From assembly GCA_029856365.1 (NCBI GenBank), contig JAHQWW010000007.1, forward strand, positions 1 through 64,000: a DNA stretch of 64,000 bases. Reading direction: 5' to 3'. A program made the translations under genes and the position numbers. This stretch comes from Candidatus Hodarchaeota archaeon. Its GTDB lineage: Archaea; Asgardarchaeota; Heimdallarchaeia; Hodarchaeales; Hodarchaeaceae. The notes under the pieces were generated by a model, which did not search any database, was not told the origin of the DNA, and saw only the letters and a list, made by a program, of their open reading frames with translations. Numbering within the stretch: position 1 is the first letter of the stretch; every line of letters starts with the position of its first letter. Positions 9,991 to 19,292 of the stretch are shown here, in pieces.

Positions 9991-12900
9991 ATGATTGAGA
10001 AAGAATTTCAGGAATACATTCAAAATATAAAAAAAATTCTTGAAACTCAAGTTCAGCTTGCAACACAAGCTCGGGCCCTCAAAATAGATCCCCAAACCAC
10101 AATAGAAACTAAACTTACATATTCTTCGGAAGCAAAAATCGCTGCTATTCTAAATATCCCTAGATTAAAGGAATATCTCCCTCAAAATATTTCACAGCAT
10201 GAAAATCCCCTCCTTTTAGCAGCGGATATTGCCAAACAAATAGTTAATGGCCGGTTTGTAAAGAAAACCCGTGAGAATCTAATATTATTAGCATTGCACA
10301 GCGCTTTAGTGATTTTAAGTCAGGGATTAATCTCTGTTCCTCAGGAAAGTATTCCAAAGGTTTCGATTGGATCTAAATCTAATCATTTAACGATTTACTT
10401 TTCTAATACAATACGATATGCCACTGGGGAAACTATTGGCTTAGTCATCCTCATTGCAGACTATATTCGGCATATATTGCACTTAAACCGCTTTAACCCT
10501 TCCCCAGAGTTGACGGGAAGATATATTGAAGAATTAGAACTTTTTCTTACCATGAATGATCGTTTTCAACATCTAAGAATAGATTTAATCAGATTTCTCG
10601 TTCAAAACATTGGTGTTGAAATCTCTGGAGAAGCATATGAACGAATTGAAGTTAAGAAATATAGAAATTTGCCTAATATGACGAATAAACTTCGAATGGG
10701 GATGTGTGTAGCTTTTGATAAAATAATTGGAAACATCAATTCAATTGCTTATCGTCGTTTAGCATCAGGGATTCCTGAATGGCAGTGGTTGAAACCCTCT
10801 TTTGATAGGATAAGACGTGGAAAACACGAGTTTGGGCGAAGAGAAATGCGTGGAACGCAGCCTTTACTCTCAAGGTCGAGAAAACCTGGAGGTTTTAGAT
10901 TGAGATATGGTCTATCACGTAATACTAGTCAAGGTGCAGCAGGAATCCATCCTGCAACAATGTACCTGACCGAAATGCTCTCTCCAGGCACAAACATAAA
11001 AATTGATTTCATGGAACGGCCACTTACAATATTTCCAGTTTCCAGCTTATCTGGTCCATTTGTTGAATTAAAGGATGGTTCAAGCGAGAGAATTGAATCT
11101 TTAGCGAGAATTTGTGATATAGAAAATCAGGTAGTGCAGATCTGGGAAATGGGAGACATTCTACTCTCTCCTGATGATATTCCTGTTACTGAAACTGTCG
11201 AATTATCTGCTTGGACAGAAGAATGGTGGAGTCAAGAAATCAAGCACTATATTTACTCGAAAATGAGATCGCTAGAGAATTTTGCATTAAGTCTAAATAT
11301 TAACCCCAAAAAGTTAGAAGATTTGTTAACAGAACCAACCCAGTGTAAACCCTCTCCGGAAATTGCTCTTAATCTAAGTAAGATAAGTAATATACCTATT
11401 CATCCCTTCTATTCTTTTAACTGGAATGAAATTGCTATAAGTGATCTAATAAGATTAATTCAGAAACTCAATGATTCCAGTGATGGCTTACTTCCTAATG
11501 AAGATGATTTAAAGGAAATTCTTAGACGATTAGGTGTCCCCTTCATTATTTATAAAGATTACATTCAAACAGAACGATTTCAATTATTTATTCGAGCATT
11601 AAGAGGAAAAGAAGACCAATTAACTAAGTTCATTTCAAAATCATTAAAACCAATAGAAATCGAAAAATTAATTCCAATCCTTACAAAGATTCCTGTACGA
11701 TCATTATGTCAAAGAAGAATCGGATTGAAAATCATTCGAGTTGAAAAAGCGGAACCTCGACATATAAATCCACCAGCACACGTACTTTTCCCCATTAGTT
11801 CTCATGGTGGTGCCCAAAGAAATCTTTTAAAAGTTAAAAACACAACTAGTGTAGATATTCAGGTTTCCGAAAGGTTCTGTGAAACATGTAAGGAATCTAC
11901 CTTTGTTTCATATTGTCTAAAATGCCAACAGAAAACCAAGCAACAATTTGTTTGTAAAAAGGGGCACATTTCTAGCACACAAACATGTATGGAATGTGGC
12001 CAATATGCTTTTTCTGCAAGAGTTAAACCTGTTGATGTGGCAAGATTATTGGAATCAGGCTTTCAACAGGTAGGATCTCTTGAATTAAAAATAGTTAAAG
12101 GAGTTTCCTTTCTCAACAGCAAGAACCGAATACCCGAACACATCATTAAAGGCATATTACGAGCAAAACACAAAATTTTTGTTTACAAGGACGGGACAAG
12201 CCGTTTTGATCAAACCAATGCGCATCTCACCCACTTTACTCCTGAAGAAATTCATATCTCCATCAAGGATCTCATAAGATTAGGGTATTCTCACGATGTT
12301 AATGGAAATGACTTAACCCAAGAAAATCAGTTAATTGAGATTAATCCTTATGATGTAATAGTGAGTAAAGCAGCAGGTAATTTTCTTGTAAATTTATCCA
12401 ATTTCATTGATGATGAATTAGTCTTTTTGTATGATCTTTCACCTTATTATAGAATATATTCACTTAAGGATATTATGGGCTCTTTAATTGTGGGTTTGTC
12501 ACCTTTTTCGATGGTAGCTGTTATAGGTAGAGTAATTGGTTACACGGATAATAATGTTACTTATGCTCATCCTCTTTGGCACCTATTAAAAACTCGAAAT
12601 TGTAACGGGGATATAGACTCAATGACACTGCTCTTAGATGTATTACTTAATTTTTCTACTGAATTTATTCCTGCTTCGCGTGGGGGGACAATGGATGCAC
12701 CATTTATAATCAATCTTTCTGATAAATGGGAAGATACTTCAGTCTATGCAAATTATGATTCTGTATCGATGAATCTTTTATTTTATAGGAATCTAACTGA
12801 AAATCCTTTAAAAGATGAATTATTGTCTTACAAAAAGTCATACCTCATGCCCTCTTTTCCCAAATTTCATACGATAGATAATATTTCTCATTATAACTTC

Positions 12901-13314
12901 GAGAATCGTTTTCGTGAGAGTAAAATAGTTTCCAAAATTGAGACCGAATTACGGGTTCTCAGCCGCATTCGGGGGGTAAAGGAAGGGGAGTTTGTTGAAA
13001 ATATATTAGAAAACGATTTCCTGCCAAAAATTGCGACCTCATTGACTCGTTTCTTTCTTCAACCTGTACGATGCAATACATGTAATACTACCTTCAGACG
13101 GATCCCTCTTACAAAATGCCCTGTATGTCATCATCAGAATATGGGACTCACTTTATCAGAAGGATGGGTTTTAAGATATTTACAAATAATTAACCAGTTA
13201 AGAGATAGATATTATACAGACATTTCTGAATATTGTCAATCCTGGGTTGAACTGATTGAATTAAATAAACGTTTATTATTCGATAAAGGCCCTCGTCCAA
13301 CAACACTATTTTAA
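9991..13314 (+). CDS. polC: DNA polymerase D large subunit (DP2) homologue, divergent, catalytic motif altered
   Basis: GGFRLRYG, GIHPATM, KDGTSRFD, THFTPEEI, RNCNGDID (canonical RNCDGDED), LLLDVLLNFS, RGGTMDAP, internal and C-terminal Cys4 zinc fingers. Confidence 0.9.
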   Translation: MIEKEFQEYIQNIKKILETQVQLATQARALKIDPQTTIETKLTYSSEAKIAAILNIPRLKEYLPQNISQHENPLLLAADIAKQIVNGRFVKKTRENLILLALHSALVILSQGLISVPQESIPKVSIGSKSNHLTIYFSNTIRYATGETIGLVILIADYIRHILHLNRFNPSPELTGRYIEELELFLTMNDRFQHLRIDLIRFLVQNIGVEISGEAYERIEVKKYRNLPNMTNKLRMGMCVAFDKIIGNINSIAYRRLASGIPEWQWLKPSFDRIRRGKHEFGRREMRGTQPLLSRSRKPGGFRLRYGLSRNTSQGAAGIHPATMYLTEMLSPGTNIKIDFMERPLTIFPVSSLSGPFVELKDGSSERIESLARICDIENQVVQIWEMGDILLSPDDIPVTETVELSAWTEEWWSQEIKHYIYSKMRSLENFALSLNINPKKLEDLLTEPTQCKPSPEIALNLSKISNIPIHPFYSFNWNEIAISDLIRLIQKLNDSSDGLLPNEDDLKEILRRLGVPFIIYKDYIQTERFQLFIRALRGKEDQLTKFISKSLKPIEIEKLIPILTKIPVRSLCQRRIGLKIIRVEKAEPRHINPPAHVLFPISSHGGAQRNLLKVKNTTSVDIQVSERFCETCKESTFVSYCLKCQQKTKQQFVCKKGHISSTQTCMECGQYAFSARVKPVDVARLLESGFQQVGSLELKIVKGVSFLNSKNRIPEHIIKGILRAKHKIFVYKDGTSRFDQTNAHLTHFTPEEIHISIKDLIRLGYSHDVNGNDLTQENQLIEINPYDVIVSKAAGNFLVNLSNFIDDELVFLYDLSPYYRIYSLKDIMGSLIVGLSPFSMVAVIGRVIGYTDNNVTYAHPLWHLLKTRNCNGDIDSMTLLLDVLLNFSTEFIPASRGGTMDAPFIINLSDKWEDTSVYANYDSVSMNLLFYRNLTENPLKDELLSYKKSYLMPSFPKFHTIDNISHYNFENRFRESKIVSKIETELRVLSRIRGVKEGEFVENILENDFLPKIATSLTRFFLQPVRCNTCNTTFRRIPLTKCPVCHHQNMGLTLSEGWVLRYLQIINQLRDRYYTDISEYCQSWVELIELNKRLLFDKGPRPTTLF

Positions 13315-13537
13315 AGAAAGAAAATTTATCAATTATAAAGGCCTTCTGTTTCATCAGATTTCATCCAGTTACGAGGATATACTCAGAAAACCCCGAGGAG
13401 TATTATAGAGAGAATTATAAATTTAAGATTTTGAAATCATTAATGAAAAAGTTTTTTTAGTTGATAAGAATAAAGAACTTAGATTATTCTTACCGCAAAG
13501 AAAAGAAAAAGATGCGAGGAAAAACTCACATCCGCAG

Positions 13538-14194
13538 GTGATTAAAGGGTTGATAGATAACGAGAAAGAGGTTTTAATAGGCAATCTACTGAAAACTTTG
13601 ACAACTGGGAGTGTATCGAAGCAAAATAAAGGGATTATATCGATGCCAAGTGACCAACCTGTGACAGAAGCGGCAAAATTGATGGTAGAGAATCGGATAG
13701 GTTCTATCATTATTAAAAATAACCAAATTGAAGGAATTATCACAAAGGGGGATATTATCAATCGTGTGGTAGGCCGTGCTTTAGACCCAGGAATTGTTGT
13801 AGTTGATGATGTTATGAGTAAACCTGTTTCTTATGTCTCTGAAGATGAAACTTTAGAGAACACTATGTTACTAATGGGTCAGGAAAACATCGAACGGATT
13901 TTAGTGGTTAAAGATAATGATCTTTCTCAACCTTTAGGGATCGTTTCCACAAATGATATACTTAAATTTGCTCCAGGATTACTTCGAATTCACAGAGAGC
14001 GTCTTCTTATCGAAAATTTTTCTGGAAAGCACCCTGATGATAATAATCGCGAATCTATGAGGTTTGAAGGTTTTTGTGATGATTGTGGCAACTATTCGGA
14101 TACTCTCAAAACAGCTAATGGCTATACATTATGTCCAGCCTGTATGGGATCTCAACCAGAAGAAGAGCAATCCCCTGATGATGATATTATGTGA
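13538..14194 (+). CDS. CBS-pair protein with C-terminal zinc ribbon
   Basis: EAAKLMVENRIGS, GIITKGDI, VMSKPV, GIVSTNDI; C-terminal CDDC...CPAC. Confidence 0.88.
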   Translation: MIKGLIDNEKEVLIGNLLKTLTTGSVSKQNKGIISMPSDQPVTEAAKLMVENRIGSIIIKNNQIEGIITKGDIINRVVGRALDPGIVVVDDVMSKPVSYVSEDETLENTMLLMGQENIERILVVKDNDLSQPLGIVSTNDILKFAPGLLRIHRERLLIENFSGKHPDDNNRESMRFEGFCDDCGNYSDTLKTANGYTLCPACMGSQPEEEQSPDDDIM

Positions 14195-14245
14195 ACAACA
14201 TCCTATCCACGCAACGGAACTTCGTTGGTGAAATCAAATGTGGCT

Positions 14246-16291
14246 TTAATTATTTTTCTTCTCTAATTTTGAATACTCCACCCTAGATATAACTGAATCG
14301 TGTGGAATTGCTTGGACAAATTCATTCAAGTCAATTGCCCGTATTTTAGCTTTTTTTTCAGGAGAAACAGCCTTTTTTATGAAAATCTGATTAATTTGTT
14401 TTGCTATTTTACCTTTTGACTTAGAACCTGGTTTAATAATTACTGTTATGGGACTTCGCGAGCGAATATTCTCCTCAGAACCGTAAATAACTTTTGCATT
14501 GAATTCATCAACTTGAACTCCGATCGCTAAGGCCATTTCTACTCCTCTAACATAATTTCTTGTACCCCGAATCATTATTCCTCCTTTGGGGATATATTCG
14601 CCAGTTGGTGCGGAAAAACTTGCACTCTTAGCTGGCACATAATAAACGTCAATGGCACCATATCCAGCTTTCCAACCACTCGAAAACACTGCAGCTAAGA
14701 GTGCTGCATCAGCAAAATCTTGGTCTGTAACATTTTTTTCACTGGTATCACGAATTAAAATAGTATAAGGAGCTCCTTGTAATTCCGCATGAAAAAAGAT
14801 ATCATTTTCTTTCATACGTCGTTTTACAATTTCCTCGTTACTAGAGATGTCTTTTCCACCAATTATTAGAAATTTATTTCGGGTATTTGTCCAATGGTAC
14901 TTTTCATACCATTTTCTTTTTCTTCGTTTCAATGTAATGCTTTCTACTATTTTTTGTTCTGAAAGATTTTTAGTTAATAAATTAATTTTTCTTTCCGTTT
15001 CAAGTATAGCCTCATTAGCAGGGGTTATTTTGCGAGCAGCCTTTTTCGCACGTTGATAATACTCGTTTGCAATCTCAGTTGCTGATTTCCGAAAGTTTAC
15101 TTCAATTATTTCAGAGTTAAGATTGATACGAATAGTACCCCGTTCTGGACAAATCTCCTCTAGAATTTTTGCTGAATGTATTCCTTGTTCCTTTGCAATT
15201 TCTAATTTGTTCTGAATTACTGGCCAGGCAATGTTTTTTTTCCGAGCTATAACAATAGATGATAATAATTCGTCAATATCATTTAATTGAAGAAAAATAT
15301 TATCCCCCAGATCCTTGTAAAGCTTTTTCTTTTTTTTAAATCCTTCAAGGGTCTGTTTTTGCGCCTCTAAAACCTTGAGTAGCTTCTTTTTTTTCTGATC
15401 ATGCTGTTTAAGGCCAACAGAAACTATAGGGGATATATTCATATAGTAAAAATCTAATACGTGAGAAAAACTTTCGAAATATCGGATTTCTCCAGATATA
15501 GATTTGAAGTCAATAGGGTGAAAAGATAACGGTTTTTCATTTGAATCTAGGGCTATCGAGGGTTTCAGTTCTAGTAAATCTTTCTTAATATCCATAGTGG
15601 ATTGTAGAATTCGATTAATTTCTTCATTACTAATTTCCTTATTCTTCGTCTTTTTGGAAATGTTGGCTCGTGCCAGTAATTCCTCCATCAAATCTCCTCC
15701 TCCTCCAGCTTTCCGAGCTAATGTCCGTACAATTTCCTCATCTTCAACCTCTTCAGCAGAGAGAATCTGAGTAATTTCTTCGTAGTTCATATCTAAAATT
15801 GATTTTCCACGACTAGGTGGAAGTTCGAATTCTTTTCCAGGTAACACATCACGATGGCGCATTTTTCTATACCAAAGTGCTGAAATTACTCTGTTTTGAT
15901 TCCCAACAACAACTATATTCGGACGATTACCAAAAATCTCAACATAAACTCGATATTCCTGTTTTCCTCTCAATTTAATTTCTACTAATCTGTCAAAATC
16001 AACTTGACGAATACCGATCACTTCAGCTCCTTTCAGATGACTTCTTAGACCCATAATTTTGTCAGAAGGTCTTTCAGGAACAGGGTGTTTCACCTCTGTC
16101 AAATGTAATCGTATTCCTGGCTCAATCAGGAGAAATGGATCTTTAAAAGGGCCTTTCCCCTTGAACCTGAAAAGGAAATATTTTTCTGTTGAATCACGAT
16201 AGATATTAGCGACTCTATAACCTATTAGCCCTTGCAATTCTTTCGAAATGGCATAAATGTCTAAACTAGACATTCTCCTCACGCCTTGCAC
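14246..16291 (-). CDS. rqcH: NFACT-family ribosome quality control protein (Rqc2/NEMF/RqcH)
   Basis: MSSLDI, LRSHLKG, FDR motif, NEYYQRAKK, WYEKYHW, IGGKD...NE, FFHAE..GAP, APTGEYIPKGGIMIRG. Confidence 0.93.
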   Translation of the reverse strand: MQGVRRMSSLDIYAISKELQGLIGYRVANIYRDSTEKYFLFRFKGKGPFKDPFLLIEPGIRLHLTEVKHPVPERPSDKIMGLRSHLKGAEVIGIRQVDFDRLVEIKLRGKQEYRVYVEIFGNRPNIVVVGNQNRVISALWYRKMRHRDVLPGKEFELPPSRGKSILDMNYEEITQILSAEEVEDEEIVRTLARKAGGGGDLMEELLARANISKKTKNKEISNEEINRILQSTMDIKKDLLELKPSIALDSNEKPLSFHPIDFKSISGEIRYFESFSHVLDFYYMNISPIVSVGLKQHDQKKKKLLKVLEAQKQTLEGFKKKKKLYKDLGDNIFLQLNDIDELLSSIVIARKKNIAWPVIQNKLEIAKEQGIHSAKILEEICPERGTIRINLNSEIIEVNFRKSATEIANEYYQRAKKAARKITPANEAILETERKINLLTKNLSEQKIVESITLKRRKRKWYEKYHWTNTRNKFLIIGGKDISSNEEIVKRRMKENDIFFHAELQGAPYTILIRDTSEKNVTDQDFADAALLAAVFSSGWKAGYGAIDVYYVPAKSASFSAPTGEYIPKGGIMIRGTRNYVRGVEMALAIGVQVDEFNAKVIYGSEENIRSRSPITVIIKPGSKSKGKIAKQINQIFIKKAVSPEKKAKIRAIDLNEFVQAIPHDSVISRVEYSKLEKKNN

Positions 16292-16526
16292 ACAGCTCCT
16301 TTCTCAATTGAATCGATGTTTATTAATAGAATCCTAAGTTTCGAGTATTAAGCCAACCTAGGTATATTTATTAATGATCGTAATATTTATCATATGTAAT
16401 TGTTGTCAGAATAATCATACAATAAATGGAAAATTAGCTGGAGATTAGAATAAGAAGAAAATTAAATCCTCTATAAATCAATTGAATAATAGAATATCAT
16501 TCTTACTATACAAAGGTTGAATTCTC

Positions 16527-17093
16527 ATGACAACACAAAGAACAAAGACAGCAAATCCCATATTAAACACTTTTGCTGTTTTTGGAGTAGGCACAGCTGT
16601 TCTAGGGGGAGTGGCAACGCTAACAGTATCTTCTTTTGAGTTTAATGAAATCTATACGCAAATGTTTAAGGGAATGTTCCTTTCATTTGATAATCTAATA
16701 GATTTTTGGGCTGTTTTTGTCGCATGGGCACTTGCAGGTATGGTTGCAGGGGTTCGAGCAAAGAATGGATTTTGGGGCGCAATAGCAGGATTTTTCGGCA
16801 CATTGTTAGGAGTAGGTTTGTTAGCTGTTTTAAATCTAGCAGCATTGGAAGAATCAACCGCTATTCTTGAGTTTGGTTTAGGAACAGCTGCCTGTGTCAT
16901 AGTAACTTGTGCGGCAGCTTATATAACTGGTAGTGCTACAAAAGTAAAAGTTAAACCTGCAAAACCAAAACCAACAAGAAAAGTATGGACGGCTTCCAAA
17001 GAAAAAGAAGTATGGACCTGTAACCGCTGTGGTAACAGCATTCCTCCAGGGGCCTTTTCATGTCCAAGTTGTGGAGAACCAGTTATTGAATGA
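16527..17093 (+). CDS. Four-TM membrane protein with C-terminal zinc ribbon
   Basis: Four Gly/Ala-rich hydrophobic segments, a basic linker, WTCNRCG...CPSCG. Confidence 0.75.
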   Translation: MTTQRTKTANPILNTFAVFGVGTAVLGGVATLTVSSFEFNEIYTQMFKGMFLSFDNLIDFWAVFVAWALAGMVAGVRAKNGFWGAIAGFFGTLLGVGLLAVLNLAALEESTAILEFGLGTAACVIVTCAAAYITGSATKVKVKPAKPKPTRKVWTASKEKEVWTCNRCGNSIPPGAFSCPSCGEPVIE

Positions 17094-17133
17094 AGAAAAT
17101 TTTTATTACCGAAATTTAGAAAAGAGAAATGAT

Positions 17134-17160
17134 GTATTTTTGCCTGGGAAGCAAAAATAC
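17134..17160. terminator. Perfect 10-bp inverted repeat between convergent genes
   Basis: GTATTTTTGC-ctgggaa-GCAAAAATAC. Confidence 0.4.
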
Positions 17161-17688
17161 TTATAGAATTCTTTTCTGTCGTAAATCTTCAAGCTGACTT
17201 GATCTTTTGTCAATTTCAATTAACAACTTATCCATTACCTCATCTAGGTCAGAAAATTTTTTGTTTTCAATAACTGTATGGAGATCGTTATCTACTGATC
17301 CAAGCTCATTAGACCTAAGAGACTTATAGGAATTCCGTACAATTGGTTCCATTTGCTTTAGAGCTAGAACGAGACCCCTAGACAGCTGAGTACCTCGCTC
17401 TAGTAGATCACTTGCCAAGATTTCAATCCCATTCAGTTCCATCAGTAGATCTGTTATGTCCCAATAATGTTCTTTTAGTTCTTCCAGAAGAACTCCAATT
17501 CTCTTGAATCTCCGTTTTTTCTCATCCACACTATCAGCCCCGTTAGTAGAGGCCCTTAAGTAGGAAGCATGTGTCCGTAATTCCTCGTAAAAATCTGAAA
17601 CAATGGTACGATGGTTTTCTAATTCACGTACCAACCGAGTTATCTCGGAAGCAATAGAAGTAGAGGTGCGAAACTCGGTGTTGTTCAA
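17161..17688 (-). CDS. All-helical coiled-coil protein of unknown function
   Basis: 175 aa ORF, charged heptad pattern, AGGAGA SD-like sequence upstream. Confidence 0.7.
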   Translation of the reverse strand: MNNTEFRTSTSIASEITRLVRELENHRTIVSDFYEELRTHASYLRASTNGADSVDEKKRRFKRIGVLLEELKEHYWDITDLLMELNGIEILASDLLERGTQLSRGLVLALKQMEPIVRNSYKSLRSNELGSVDNDLHTVIENKKFSDLDEVMDKLLIEIDKRSSQLEDLRQKRIL

Positions 17689-17917
17689 CTCTTAATATCT
17701 CCTTTCGTTTTAGCCAAAAATAACTGGATAGGGGAAAGAACACTTTATTAATGCAAGTCTAATAGACAAAACATTTGTTGGTACTAAAACACCGTAAGAT
17801 TGCAATTAAGCCTGATATTATCCTGAATAAAAAGCTTTTCGCAATTATTCATTATAATTATTAAATTACCTTGTATATATCCTGTAGTTTAATCCAATCG
17901 TTAAGACTTATATTGGA

Positions 17918-19267
17918 TTAGTGAAACTCTTGATACTTCTCACGGATTGTAATTTCTCCTTTCAAATTTTGTTTCATTAATTCCTTGACTTTTTCCTTTT
18001 CACGATAATTTCCTAGGAGATATGCTAGCTTTATATATGCTATTTCGGGTAGAATGTTGAATGCATGGATAACACCAGCTTTTTGGAGTCTTCTTCCGCT
18101 TTCATATACCGATAGAGCTGTAAAACCATGTAGACATTGAGTAGTCATTACAATAATCATCTCATTCTCAATAGCTTTTTCAATTGTAGGAATTAAATTG
18201 AATGAAACGTGTCCAAGTCCAGTTCCTACTAACACGATTCCTTTAAATCCGGCTTCGATACAGTAATCTAATATCCCTGGTTGGATACCAGGATAATGGT
18301 AAATGAGTCCGACCTTCTCTTCAAAGTTTTTCGTGATATGAACAGGTTTATTTTTCAGTTTGGCCTTTATAGGTAGATTCTCCTCTTCCATTTCATAAAT
18401 TATTTTTCCTTCAGTAATTCTACCTAATGGACTTCCTCCAATCGACTTAAATGTATCTCTTCGACTACTATGCATTTTTCGGACTCTTGTACCTCTATGT
18501 ATGGTACAAGAAGTGTCTGACGATTTTTCATGCATGACAACTACTACTTCTTTTTTTGCTTGAGGAGAAGCTGCATATAATACTGAATTATATAGATTAA
18601 AGAAGGCATCTGAGGAAGGGCGATCAGAAGACCGCTGAGAACCAGTAATAACGATTGGGAAAGGTGGATTTGTAATCGAAAAAGAGAGGGCAGCAGCAGT
18701 AAAAGCCATTGTATCAGTACCGTGTGTCAGTACAATTCCTTGAGGTGTTTTATTTTGGATTAAGTGTTCAATTTCTGTCAAGATTTTGATATAGTGTTAA
18801 AAAGTAATGTTCTCTGAAAAGATATCAAATAAGAGTCTTGTTTCAACCCGAGCCAATTCTGCAATTTCAGGAAAAGATGAGAAAAGCTCCTCAGGAGTCA
18901 AAGCTGGAATTGTCCCTCCAGTTTGGTAATCCAAGCGAGAAGCAATTGTACCTCCGCAACCTAATATGGGAACAAAGGGTAATTCAGGTTTTTGGGTTAC
19001 ATTGACCTTTGGAACGTGGTATCTACCTTCAAAACGGCCAATTTTTTTGATCCTATATGTCTCCCTCGGATTGAATCCAATATTATAACCTGTAGATAGC
19101 TTTAGACTAATAAAATCAGTTTCAGCTAGTTCATTCCTTGGTAGTATTACTCCTTTTAGTGAAGAACCAGCCTTAGTAACCTCTATTTCATCCCAAACTT
19201 TTAAACCTTGATTTTTCAACCAATCTAATGTAGATCCTCTGTATCCAGTATATTTCTCTTCCGACAT
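17918..19267 (-). pseudogene. gatD: Glu-tRNA(Gln) amidotransferase subunit D, interrupted by one in-frame TAA at 18797-18799
   Basis: KLSTGYNIG, GGTIASRLDY, SEN, HGTDTM, TGSQRSSDRPSSDA, RKMHSSRRD, GTGLGHV; the two ORFs are in the same frame (ENITF*HYIKILTEIE). Confidence 0.88.
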
Positions 19268-19292
19268 CTTAATTGTCTCTTATTATTTATTT

